Source: Pseudomonadales bacterium
GTDB lineage: Bacteria; Pseudomonadota; Gammaproteobacteria; Pseudomonadales; Azotimanducaceae
Assembly (NCBI GenBank): GCA_047518105.1
Contig: JAKZRQ010000134.1
Coordinates: 1-61,784, forward strand
Length of the DNA stretch: 61,784 nucleotides
Direction of reading: 5' to 3'
The position numbers were made by a program, and so were the translations under genes. This document shows, one piece after another, positions 17,282-26,955 of the stretch. Below the pieces are notes generated by a model. The model ran no database searches. It saw nothing but the letters and a program-made list of their open reading frames with translations, and had not been told where the DNA came from. The stretch's first letter is position 1, and every line of letters begins with the position of its first letter.

Positions 17282-18277
17282 TTACCGCGTCGCGGCGGCG
17301 ATCCGATCCACCGACCCGGTTGCCAATGCGTCCATGGCCTGGGCCACGGCCCTTCCGAAGCCGTAGCGGTCGGCGCCACCGTGGCTCTTTACCACCACCC
17401 CGGCCAAGCCCAATAGGCTCGCGCCGTTGTAGCCTTGCGGATTGTACGCATCCCGCACGCGGTTCAGCCGCTTGCGCAGCATCGCCTTCGCCAATGCCAT
17501 CCCCCCGGAGGCGTCCGCGAGTTCCCGGCCGAGCAGGTAGCGCGCCATGTGCGCCGCCCCTTCCGCCGCCTTGAGCGCGATGTTGCCGGCGAAACCGTCG
17601 GTAACGACGATGTCGGTGCTTGCCTCGAACAACCGGTCGGGTTCGACGAATCCGGCGTAGCGAATTCGGTCGTCCTGCTCCAGCAGACGCGCAGCTGCCC
17701 GTACCGATTGGGGACCCTTGCTAACCTCCGAACCGATGTTGAGCAACCCCACGCTCGGCATTGGCCCTCCTGGGGGGGCGCGCGCGCGGGCGGGAGAATG
17801 GCCGCGACCAACCGCCGCTGCGGCGCCCATGAGCGCGAACTGGTGCAATTGCGCAGCGTCCGAGCCGATGTTGGCGCCGAGATCGAGCATTTGGAACACG
17901 CCGCCGTCCGCCGCACCCAAGGTCTTGATGATTGCCGGTCGGCGTATCCCGGGAAGCATGCCGATCAAGTGCCGCGACAATGCCACCATGGCACCCGTGC
18001 TGCCGGCGCTGACGACGGCATCCACTGCACCGCAGGCCAACGCGCCGATGGCAGCGCGCATGGACGAATCGGTCTGCCCGCGCAAGGTGGCGCGCAAGGA
18101 GTCGTCCACTTCGAGCCGCCGGGGCGCATCGACGACCTCGTGCGGCGAGTCCCGGACCAGCGGCGCGATGACGTTGGCGTCGCCGAAGAAAGTCAGTTCC
18201 ACGTGCGTGGGCCGTACGGACGCGAAGGCATCCAAGGCCCCTTGTACTAGAACCGTTGACGGGGCGTCTCCGCCCAA
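17282..18277 (-). CDS. plsX: phosphate acyltransferase PlsX (5' end uncertain)
   Basis: Reads GGD.AP..V..GA...SAGSTGA...LLNIGSE...TDGFAGNIALK. Conserved residues IRVAVDT extend upstream of the only canonical start (TTG 18277). Confidence 0.85.
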   Translation of the reverse strand: MGGDAPSTVLVQGALDAFASVRPTHVELTFFGDANVIAPLVRDSPHEVVDAPRRLEVDDSLRATLRGQTDSSMRAAIGALACGAVDAVVSAGSTGAMVALSRHLIGMLPGIRRPAIIKTLGAADGGVFQMLDLGANIGSDAAQLHQFALMGAAAAVGRGHSPARARAPPGGPMPSVGLLNIGSEVSKGPQSVRAAARLLEQDDRIRYAGFVEPDRLFEASTDIVVTDGFAGNIALKAAEGAAHMARYLLGRELADASGGMALAKAMLRKRLNRVRDAYNPQGYNGASLLGLAGVVVKSHGGADRYGFGRAVAQAMDALATGSVDRIAAATR

Positions 18278-18333
18278 GGTGTCAACGGCGACGCGGATGG
18301 GCGGTGTCCGTCAGGCCAGCGACCGGCGTAGGG

Positions 18334-18510
18334 TCAGTTGCGTACCTCGACAATCTTGCGGCCGCGATAGTAGCCATCGTCCGCGACATGGTGGCGCCGA
18401 TGGGTCTCGCCCGTGGTCGGGTCCGTGGATAGCGTCGGGTTTGCCAGGGCGTGGTGCGATCGCCGCTTGTCGCGCCTTGCGCGGCTCACCTTGTTTTTCT
18501 GTACGGCCAT
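18334..18510 (-). CDS. rpmF: 50S ribosomal protein L32
   Basis: Hand translation: [58 protein letters not shown]. It is too short to appear in the ORF track. Confidence 0.9.
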   Translation of the reverse strand: MAVQKNKVSRARRDKRRSHHALANPTLSTDPTTGETHRRHHVADDGYYRGRKIVEVRN

Positions 18511-18528
18511 GTTATGCCTCCGTTTCCG

Positions 18529-19065
18529 TTATTCGGGCGATCGGCCCGGCTTCAAACTCTTGATCGCTGCGAAAGGACTCTCTCGCGACATCCCCTCTCC
18601 TTCTCCCTCGACCTCCGAGCCGGGCTCGCGGAACTGGGACGCGTTCGGACACGAATCCCGATCTGCGCAGCCGATCTCGGGCATGTTCAGCAGCAAGTCG
18701 TCTTCGATCAATTCGGCGATCCTCATCGTCGGTCCGTTGCACACCACCGCATCGATATCCGGTGTCAGCGCCCCTGCCTCGGCCTCCGTGGCCACAACGC
18801 GAAAGTCGATGTCGCTGTCGACGTCCACCGCGACCTCCTCCGCACAACGACCGCAGCAGATCTCCGTTGTCAGCCGGCATCTCCCGGTGACCCGGGGCCG
18901 GCCTTGGTCGTCAACCGTGAAGTCCAGCGACACCTGGACGTCGCTGGCATCGTGGCTGCGCCCGAGTCGCTCGAACGCTGCTGCTGCGAGCGCGCCTCGC
19001 CACGAGGATCCGGTCCGGGCGAGCCTGGCGACGTTCAGTCGTGGCGACGACGGTTCCGATGCCAT
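18529..19065 (-). CDS. yceD: YceD (DUF177) family protein
   Basis: ATG at 19063-19065. CCGRC ... C motif region and acidic tail. Conserved position upstream of rpmF. Confidence 0.8.
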   Translation of the reverse strand: MASEPSSPRLNVARLARTGSSWRGALAAAAFERLGRSHDASDVQVSLDFTVDDQGRPRVTGRCRLTTEICCGRCAEEVAVDVDSDIDFRVVATEAEAGALTPDIDAVVCNGPTMRIAELIEDDLLLNMPEIGCADRDSCPNASQFREPGSEVEGEGEGMSRESPFAAIKSLKPGRSPE

Positions 19066-19217
19066 TGGTGGAGCGCTGCCTGTTGGCCTTGCGAACCTCG
19101 GCGTCCGCAATCCATCGCTGCAGGCACCTTGCCCCATGCGACGACCACTCCCGGTCCGGTGAACAAGTTCGGGGCGCGGATGATATGGTCGCCGCACCTG
19201 AGTGTCAAAATGATCCC

Positions 19218-19844
19218 ATGAACCGGGCCACCGACCGTACACGGACAATCGCGGCCGGACCGCGACTCGTCTTGGCATCCGGTTCGCGCTATCGCCGTCA
19301 CCTGCTCGAGCGTTTCGGCCTGCCCTTCGAGGTGGACGCACCGGCCATCGACGAAACACCTCGGCCCGGCGAGGCGCCGCGGCAGCTGGTTCTAAGGCTG
19401 TCTATCGCCAAGGCGCGCGCGGTTGCGCCGCGCTGGCCGAATGCCGTCGTCATCGGTTCGGATCAGGTGGCCACCAGCGACGATCGCATCGTCGGCAAGC
19501 CGGGCACGGTCGAGGCGGCCGTCGGGCAACTGCTCGCGTTCGTGGGCCGACGGGTTGACTTCCTCACCGGGATCGCCGTCCTGAACACCGCCGCGAACCG
19601 GATTGCGACCCACCTCGACACCACGTCGACACGGTTCCGGCAGGCGAGCGAAGACGAAATCCGGCGCTATGTCCACCTCGACCAGCCGCTCGATTGCGCG
19701 GGGGGCATCCGATTGGAAGGATTCGGGCCATGGTTGCTCGACGGCGTCGACACCGAGGACCCCAGCGCCGCCATCGGACTCCCGTTGATCAAGCTGGGCG
19801 CGCTGCTGCGAGCAGAAGGCATCAATCCGCTCGCGACGGCCTAG
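19218..19844 (+). CDS. maf: Maf-like nucleoside triphosphate pyrophosphatase
   Basis: Reads LVLASGSRYRRHLLERFGLPFEV...GSDQV...KP...GG..LE. The stop TAG is part of the CTAG bounding the adjacent MITE. Confidence 0.85.
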   Translation: MNRATDRTRTIAAGPRLVLASGSRYRRHLLERFGLPFEVDAPAIDETPRPGEAPRQLVLRLSIAKARAVAPRWPNAVVIGSDQVATSDDRIVGKPGTVEAAVGQLLAFVGRRVDFLTGIAVLNTAANRIATHLDTTSTRFRQASEDEIRRYVHLDQPLDCAGGIRLEGFGPWLLDGVDTEDPSAAIGLPLIKLGALLRAEGINPLATA

Positions 19845-20034
19845 CCCGCATTTCTCACCAGGCCGCTTCTCGGCGTCAAAAGAGCTCATGGTTTCAAGAA
19901 GTTGACCGCGATGCGAACGATCGTGCCGGTGCAGACTGCGCTGGCCGTGCCCTCGCGGGTCTTTTGGCCCCGTGTGTACACGGGGCCAAAATCCTCCGCG
20001 ATCATCACGGCCCCTGGTGAAAAATGCGGGCTAG
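19841..20034 (+). mobile_element. MITE family 1, short variant (copy A, 194 bp)
   Basis: Bounded by CTAG at both ends. Terminal inverted repeats are ctagcccgcatttctcaccagg ... cctggtgaaaaatgcgggctag. Homologous to 35268-35514, 38095-38375 and 61509-61784. Confidence 0.85.
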
Positions 20035-20124
20035 GACCTTGACTCAATCCCTTGTGCGAGAACGTCGAATTCCGGCGCAAGAAAATGCCCCACCCATCGC
20101 CGGTCCATCCGACGCGAACGAACG

Positions 20125-20335
20125 ATGTTGCAGCGATATCAAAAGTAAGACCGAAATCCCGTGTGTCCCAATCAGTCAATGTTGCAGCGATATCAAACGT
20201 GAGACGAAATCCCGTGTGTCCCACTCTCATGCGCCAATATCAAACGTGAGACGAAATCCCGTGTGTCCCACTCTCACTGTCCACTCTCACTGTGGAGACG
20301 AAATCCCGTGTGTCCCACTCTCACACTCTCATGCG
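20125..20335. repeat. tandem array, four units of ~47-53 bp sharing a perfect 19-nt core cgaaatcccgtgtgtccca
   Basis: Core copies at 20152-20170, 20205-20223, 20252-20270 and 20299-20317. The flanking parts of the units are also related (atgttgcagcgatatcaaa.gt.aga; actctca). Confidence 0.85.
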
Positions 20336-20378
20336 ATACTGCGCGGGTCATGGCTAGCGGACTCGCTTGGGAGTAGAC

Positions 20379-20789
20379 ATGCTCGACCTCGCTGGACTGA
20401 ACTGGTGGGCCATCCTGGTTGCCACCGCCGCCGCGTTCGTCCTGGGCTTCTTCTGGTATGGCCCGGTGTTCGGCAAGGCCTGGCTTGCCGCCCTCGGCAA
20501 GACCGAAAGCGAAATCGAACCGTCTCCGACGCCGTTCGTCGTGAGCGTGGTCGCCGCGCTCGCCACCTGCGTGGTGGTCGCGGCGCTGATGCGGGGCCTC
20601 GGCATGACCGGAGTCCTGGATGGCGCGGTGCTGGGGCTGGTGACCGGGGTTGGCTTTATCGCCGCGTCCATGGCTTCCGACACCGCTTTCTGCCGCTCGG
20701 GTTGGAAGCTGTGGGCAATCCAGGCCGGCTACCGGGTCACCTACTCGGTGGTCATGGGCGCGATCATCGGCGTCTGGCCAAGCGGCTAG
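20379..20789 (+). CDS. DUF1761-like small membrane protein
   Basis: Reads MLDLAGLNWWAILVATAAAFVLGFFWYGPVFGKAW and has four hydrophobic segments. The stop TAG lies inside the CTAG that starts the next repeat. Confidence 0.7.
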   Translation: MLDLAGLNWWAILVATAAAFVLGFFWYGPVFGKAWLAALGKTESEIEPSPTPFVVSVVAALATCVVVAALMRGLGMTGVLDGAVLGLVTGVGFIAASMASDTAFCRSGWKLWAIQAGYRVTYSVVMGAIIGVWPSG

Positions 20790-20915
20790 GCGCTGCATGT
20801 GCAGCGCGATCGAGAACGCTTGCGCACTCTTGAACCTTCCCGGTAGGGCACGCATTCTACCGGCCTCGTTCGAAATGCAACCCAAGGGTCAACATTCAGA
20901 GCGCCCAAGGACTCC
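20786..20915 (+). repeat. repeat family 2 element (hairpin-containing, ~130-150 bp)
   Basis: ctaggcgctgcatgtgca...cccggtagggcacgcattctaccggcctcgttcgaaatgcaacccaagggtcaacattcagagcgcccaaggactcc. Homologous to 35121-35271 (inverted), 56159-56310 and 56307-56453. Confidence 0.8.
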
Positions 20916-20982
20916 AGTCGTCGACACGACCCCTTTGCGGCGTTCCGAAGTCGGTGTTCGGATCGGCATCGCTTCGGCGCGT

Positions 20983-21870
20983 ATGGCGGCCGGGATGCTG
21001 TCTCGGCTCGGCATTGGCGCCATGCGCGCCATGGGCACCGGCGGCGGCGCGTTGGCGTCGTGTCTCAACGGACGCGCCGCGCACGTCACAAGGGTCAACG
21101 TTGATCGGGTCTACGCGCACAAGGATCCGGCGTGGCGGCACCGGCTCGTCCGGCAAAGCCTCCAGCAGACCGCCATGACCCTGTTCGAGGCTGCCGCCCT
21201 ATGGACCTGGCCGCTGCCGCGTCTGGCCAAGCTCCTGAAGAGCAGCGAAGGCGAGGAGCTGTTGCGCGATCGAGCGCCGGGCCGCGGTGCCGTCGTGCTC
21301 ATTCCCCACTTCGGCAACTGGGAGTTTCTCGGCTACCACCTCAATACCATCGAACCGTTGACGCCCCTCTACCAGCGCCGCCGCTCCCAAGCCGTCGACG
21401 AGGCGTTGTCGGTGGCCCGGAACCGGTTGGGCAGCCGACCGGCCGGCGGCTCCGTGTCCGGCCTGCGCAACCTTGTGAAGGCCCTCCGGAGCGGAGGCAT
21501 GGTGGCAATTCTGCCCGACCAGGTGCCGAGTCCGGATTCCGGCCTGGTCGTACCGTTCTTCGGTCTCCCCGCGCTCACGATGTCCCTGGTCTCGAAGCTC
21601 CTGCAGCGCAGCGACATCGAGATCGTTGTCGGAACGGCGACCCGGGTACGGGGCGGATTCTCCATCCGCATCGAAGCCATCGACGACGCCGTGCGCAATG
21701 CAGACCCGTTGGTCAGCGCTCGAACCATCAACGCCGCCATCGAGACCGTGGTCGCCCGCGACCGCGCCCAGTATCAGTGGGAGTACAAACGCTATCGGCT
21801 ACCCGACGAACCTGACATCTACAAGCAACGCCCGCGAGACACACGTCGAAGCGCTACACCCGCTTCATGA
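20983..21870 (+). CDS. lipid A biosynthesis (Kdo)2-lipid IVA acyltransferase family protein (LpxL/HtrB-like)
   Basis: HFGNWE acyltransferase motif, ILPDQ motif, ~295 aa. Start choice (ATG 20983) is tentative. Confidence 0.75.
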   Translation: MAAGMLSRLGIGAMRAMGTGGGALASCLNGRAAHVTRVNVDRVYAHKDPAWRHRLVRQSLQQTAMTLFEAAALWTWPLPRLAKLLKSSEGEELLRDRAPGRGAVVLIPHFGNWEFLGYHLNTIEPLTPLYQRRRSQAVDEALSVARNRLGSRPAGGSVSGLRNLVKALRSGGMVAILPDQVPSPDSGLVVPFFGLPALTMSLVSKLLQRSDIEIVVGTATRVRGGFSIRIEAIDDAVRNADPLVSARTINAAIETVVARDRAQYQWEYKRYRLPDEPDIYKQRPRDTRRSATPAS

Positions 21871-23173
21871 ACTCGTCCCAAGGGCCGGTGATCGCCAAGG
21901 TGATCCCCGGAATTTGCAGATTCGCAAACACCCAGTCGCCCGCTTGGCAGACGCCGCACCACTCGGAATCGCGGAAGTCGCCGTTGAATCCCCTGGTTCC
22001 CTCCAGCACGACATTGTTCTCCGCGAAGCTCGTCAGCGCGCCGGACGGCGCCAGCATCGACAGGCGACTCGGCGTGCCGCCGTCTTCGCAGAGCAGCAAC
22101 GTGCCGTTGGTCATCATCACCAGGTTGTCCGGGCTGTCGAGAACCGTTCGCCCCGGCGATTCGTAAAGTAGCCTCAGGCGTGCCGCCGACGCGTCGAGTT
22201 CCCAAATCTGCCCTTTGCCGGCCGTACCGCCGGTGGTGGACACGAAGTAGAGGTGCCCGTCGTCCCACCAGCAGCCCTCCAGGCGTTCGAATCGCATCGC
22301 GCCCCGGGCGTGGCCTTGCCGGAAGACGGATCGACCACCGGAGCGCGTCGGATCGTCGATGTCCACCCAGGAGACGGGCAGGGACAGGCCCGCCGGCCAA
22401 CGTCCCGTGAAGTTCGACCGGCCTTCGATGGCCAGCATCTGCAAGCGCCCAGGTCCACGCAGGCTTCGACCGTCCGCCGGGTCGCGACCGTTGGGCACGA
22501 ATCGGTAGAGGCCGCAACGTGTTTCGTCTTCGGTCAGGTAAACGATTCCCGTAGACGGATCGATGGCGGCGGCTTCGTGCTTGAAGCGCCCGAGACCCGT
22601 CAGCGGGCTCGGGTCGCCAACTCCGTTGGCCGGCACTTCGAATACGAATCCGTGGGGACGTTCGACGCCGGTGGTCGCGGGATCGGCCAACGCTTCCTCG
22701 CAGGTCAGCCAGCTTCCCCAAGGCGTCGGCCCGCCCGCGCAGTTCTTGTAGGTGCCGGCAAGCGAGACCCTCGAGTCGAGCCACTCGCCCTGCGCGAGGT
22801 CGAAGCGAACCGTTGTCGTCCCTCCGCCGCAGCGCGGGTCGTAGACGGCCGCATCGCCGATGAGGGGGGCCTCGGTGATTTCGTGGTTGCGCACCAGGAT
22901 CACCGTGCGACCGTCGTCCTGGACGAATGCGCCCATGCCGTCGTGCAGTCCTGGCACCCGATTGCCGTCATCCATGGGATCCCGTCGCCAGCCATGGGAG
23001 ACGTAGCGGAAATCCGGCGGCAGCTTGAGCAGCGGCACCCCGGTCGTACCGTCCGGGACAGGCCGCAGTTCAGGCGCGGATGTGCGCGCCAGGGGACGCC
23101 ATGCGAGGCCCGCGATGATGCTCGCAGTCGCGGTGAAGGCGATGAAATCGCGTCGGGTGGCCATGCGGGTCAT
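21854..23173 (-). CDS. PhoX/DUF839-family exported protein with Tat signal
   Basis: Reads MTRMATRRDFIAFTATASIIAG (twin-arginine). Also NCAGGPTPWGSWLTCEE, GRFKHEAAA and YLTEDE. Confidence 0.8.
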   Translation of the reverse strand: MTRMATRRDFIAFTATASIIAGLAWRPLARTSAPELRPVPDGTTGVPLLKLPPDFRYVSHGWRRDPMDDGNRVPGLHDGMGAFVQDDGRTVILVRNHEITEAPLIGDAAVYDPRCGGGTTTVRFDLAQGEWLDSRVSLAGTYKNCAGGPTPWGSWLTCEEALADPATTGVERPHGFVFEVPANGVGDPSPLTGLGRFKHEAAAIDPSTGIVYLTEDETRCGLYRFVPNGRDPADGRSLRGPGRLQMLAIEGRSNFTGRWPAGLSLPVSWVDIDDPTRSGGRSVFRQGHARGAMRFERLEGCWWDDGHLYFVSTTGGTAGKGQIWELDASAARLRLLYESPGRTVLDSPDNLVMMTNGTLLLCEDGGTPSRLSMLAPSGALTSFAENNVVLEGTRGFNGDFRDSEWCGVCQAGDWVFANLQIPGITLAITGPWDEFMKRV

Positions 23174-23231
23174 GGTATCAGCAGCGTCAACCGCACTACA
23201 CTGCCGGGGCCAAAAAAGCGGTGAGGAAGCA

Positions 23232-24361
23232 TTGAAGGTCGTCCAGGTGCTGCCGGCCTTGGAGAGCGGTGGCGTCGAACAGGGAACCTTGGAAATCGCC
23301 CGGGCGCTAGTGGCTCGGGGGCACGCGTCCGTGGTCGTGTCCAAGGGCGGTCGTCTCGTCGCGCAACTCGAACGGGAGGGCAGCCACCACGTGACCTGGG
23401 ACATCGGTCGCAAGCACCCCGCCGCGTTGCTCGGCGTGCGACGGTTCAGAGGTTGGCTCGCGGCCGAAGCGCCCGCCATTGTCCACGCGCGCTCGCGCAT
23501 GCCCGCCTGGGTCTGCTGGCTGGCCTGGCGACACATGCCCGAAGGCCGACGACCATGTTTTGTCACCACCGTGCACGGGCTGTATTCGGCAAGCCGGTAC
23601 AGCGCGATCATGACGCGCGGCGAGCGTGTGATCGCCGTCTCCGAAACCGCCCGGCGCTACATCGGCGACAACTATCCCCGGACCGACCCGAACAAGGTCA
23701 CGCGCATCTACCGTGGCGTGGACCCGGGGCGGTTCCATCGCGACTTCCGCCCAAGTCCGGATTGGCTTTCCGGTTGGCGGCAAGACTTCCCCGGTCTGGA
23801 CGGCAAACGGCTCATTGCCCTGCCCGGTCGCCTCACCCGCCTAAAAGGCCACGCCGACTTCCTCCAGGTGATGGAACGCTTGCGGGTCTCGCACCCCGAA
23901 GCCGTGGGGCTCGTCGTCGGTGGCGTCGATCCCCGCCATCGCGGCTACGCCGATGATCTCCGGCGTCGCGGCACCAACATCGTGTTCACCGGTCACCGTT
24001 CCGACCTGCGCGAGATCATGGCGGTCTCGTCGGCGGTGGTGTCGCTTTCCCAAAAACCCGAGTCGTTCGGCCGCACGGTGCTCGAAGCGCTCTCCCTCGG
24101 AATCCCGGTGGTCGGCTACGACCACGGCGGCGTCGGCGAGGTGCTCGCCCAGGTCTACCCGCCAGGCGGCGCGCCGGCCGGCGACAGGGGCGCGGTGGCG
24201 GCGAGACTTGCGGGGATTCTCGACGATCCGACGGCAGCGAGACAGGCCATACGCGACCATGAATTCGATGTTGAAGGGATGTGCGACCAGACCCTTGCCT
24301 TGTACGGAACGCTCGCGCAGGCAAGTCCGTCGGCCGATCAAGGCACGAGGCCTGGGACACA

Positions 24362-24365
<4 letters not shown>
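23232..24365 (+). CDS. glycosyltransferase family 4 (GT-B)
   Basis: TTG start after gaggaag. Reads KVVQVLPALESGGVEQ...ESFGRTVLEALSLGIPVV. Confidence 0.8.
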
Positions 24366-25252
<887 letters not shown>

Positions 25253-25273
25253 TCGGATGAAACCGGTTGGTTC

Positions 25274-26260
25274 ATGAACATCTGCGAGGTCATGGCTGGC
25301 GATGAGGAGGGGGGCCTGGAGACCCACTTCGTGGACCTCGCCAACGGTTTGTCCGGGCTCGGCGACGACGTCGCCGTCATCGCCCACGAGCGCTACGGGG
25401 ATCGTTTCTCGGCCGACGTGCGGTTTCTGCCCTTGGACCTGACCGGCGGTCGTCGCAATCCGTGGCTGCGGCGCGGGCTTCGAAGGCTGATCGATTCCGT
25501 CGCACCCGAGATCGTCCATGCCCACGCCGGCAAGGCGGCAGCCCTTGTCGCGGCAGTCGCCCCGAACGCGAGGACGGTCGGTACGGTACACGGACAGAAG
25601 AAGAGCCTCGTCGCATACCGGCGCTTCGATGCCGTCATCGGCGTGAGCAAAGGCGTCATCGACGCGCTCGACCATCCCGCGAAAACCGTCGTCTACAACG
25701 GTGTCCACCCGGCCCCCGACGCTGTCACCGCGGCAGAACTGCGACGACTATTCGCCATCGACTCCGAGGCCATGGTGACGTTGGCGGCAGGCCGCCTGGT
25801 TCCGGTGAAGGGCTACGACCGTCTGATTCAGCTCTGGAACGACAGCCTGGGCCACCTCGTCATCGCAGGCGACGGTCCCGAACGTGCCCGCCTCGAAACG
25901 CTTGCCAAGGGCAAGCGAGTAACCCTTGCCGGCTTTCGCTCCGACGTCCGCTCGTTGATGGGCGCCGCCGACCTCATGGTCTTCGCGTCGGAACGCGAAG
26001 GACTGAGCTACGCACTCGCGGAAGCGCTGATGGCGCGTTTGCCAGTCGTGTCGACGCCGGTGCCGGGGGCCGAGGAACTGCTACCGGCGAGCCACTTGGC
26101 GAGCCTCGAGGAACTCCACAAGGTCATTGCCGCAAACCTCGCGGACCCGAGTGCTGCACGGGCGCGCATGCTCGGCCTATTCGACTGGGCTGCACAGGCG
26201 CTGACGGTGGACCGGATGGTGCACTCGACGCGTCGGGTCTACCGCGGATGCCGGGATTGA
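25274..26260 (+). CDS. glycosyltransferase family 4 (GT-B)
   Basis: Reads GGLETHFVDLANGL...AGRLVPVKG...EREGLSYALAEALMARLPVV. Confidence 0.8.
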   Translation: MNICEVMAGDEEGGLETHFVDLANGLSGLGDDVAVIAHERYGDRFSADVRFLPLDLTGGRRNPWLRRGLRRLIDSVAPEIVHAHAGKAAALVAAVAPNARTVGTVHGQKKSLVAYRRFDAVIGVSKGVIDALDHPAKTVVYNGVHPAPDAVTAAELRRLFAIDSEAMVTLAAGRLVPVKGYDRLIQLWNDSLGHLVIAGDGPERARLETLAKGKRVTLAGFRSDVRSLMGAADLMVFASEREGLSYALAEALMARLPVVSTPVPGAEELLPASHLASLEELHKVIAANLADPSAARARMLGLFDWAAQALTVDRMVHSTRRVYRGCRD

Positions 26261-26274
26261 CTGCGGTGCCTGGC

Positions 26275-26955
26275 ATGCTGATTCTCCGCGACATCGAGCC
26301 CTTCGCCATCGGCGGCACCCGCCGCTGTTACGTTCACCCCGACGACGAGACCCGCTGCGTCAAGGTCCTGCGTGCGGATCGCACGCCACGTGCGCGACGC
26401 GACGCGGTCGCGGGCTGGCGGCGCTTCAAGCCGTTGCGGAGCTTCGACGACCAACGCAAGGAGAATAGGGCCTACCGGCACCTCAAGCGCCGGGGCCAAC
26501 TCGACTGGACACACGTGGCGCGCTACTACGGCACCGTCGAAACCGACCTGGGGCTAGGCATCGTCACCGCGTTGTACCGGGACTGGGACGGCAGCTTCCC
26601 CAGGAATCTCGAGGAGCTTCTGCCTGCGGGAATGACAGACTCCATCGAAGCGGCGATTCGCGAGTTCAAGGTCTGGCTGCGTCGGGAGTTGTTTCTCAGC
26701 CGCGATCTGCTGCCGCACAACATCATCGCAGTCGCGGACAGTGCCGAACGTTATCGCCTGCTCATTGTCGATGGAATCGGCAACAGCGAGTTCATACCCG
26801 TGTCCCATTGGCTCAAGTCCTTCGCGCGCCTGAAGATCGAGCGGAAAATTCGCAAGTTCGACTACCGCACGCGCATCCTCCTGCCCGGCGAGCGCTCGGC
26901 AGCGGACCGCGAGGGACGGGCCCCGCGCAAGGGTCGGACCGATGCGGGTTCTTGA
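26275..26955 (+). CDS. YrbL family (PhoP regulatory network, kinase-like fold) protein
   Basis: Reads IGGTRRCYVHPDDETRCVKV, YYGTVETDLGLGIV and IVDGIGNSEFIPVSHWLK, matching E. coli YrbL as I remember it. The alternative ATG at 26248 overlaps the upstream gene. Confidence 0.75.
   Translation: MLILRDIEPFAIGGTRRCYVHPDDETRCVKVLRADRTPRARRDAVAGWRRFKPLRSFDDQRKENRAYRHLKRRGQLDWTHVARYYGTVETDLGLGIVTALYRDWDGSFPRNLEELLPAGMTDSIEAAIREFKVWLRRELFLSRDLLPHNIIAVADSAERYRLLIVDGIGNSEFIPVSHWLKSFARLKIERKIRKFDYRTRILLPGERSAADREGRAPRKGRTDAGS

Noticed and set aside
19886-20230. ORFs inside the repeats (19886..20230, 35008..35571, 38140..38856 3' part, 61088..61708) that share peptides such as ARISHQAASRRQKSSWFQEVDRDANDRAG or RILPASFEMQPK
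   Set aside because: The shared 'peptides' are translations of MITE and family 2 repeat DNA in either orientation. They have no start or SD context, and frame conservation is broken between copies.
20148-20320. The 19-nt core as a tRNA 3' fragment (att-site relic)
   Set aside because: I tried to fold gagacgaaatcccgtgtgtccca as a T-arm plus acceptor. Only a 3-bp stem is possible, and there is no TTCGAAT-type loop.
20125-20335. CRISPR array
   Set aside because: The inter-core segments are themselves repeated rather than unique. Unit spacing is irregular (53/47/47). There are only four units and no cas genes or leader.
25462-26955. 497-aa ORF upstream-extended YrbL gene
   Set aside because: The first ~270 codons are an Arg-rich alternative frame of the preceding glycosyltransferase gene. 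YrbL similarity begins at MLILRDIEP (26275).
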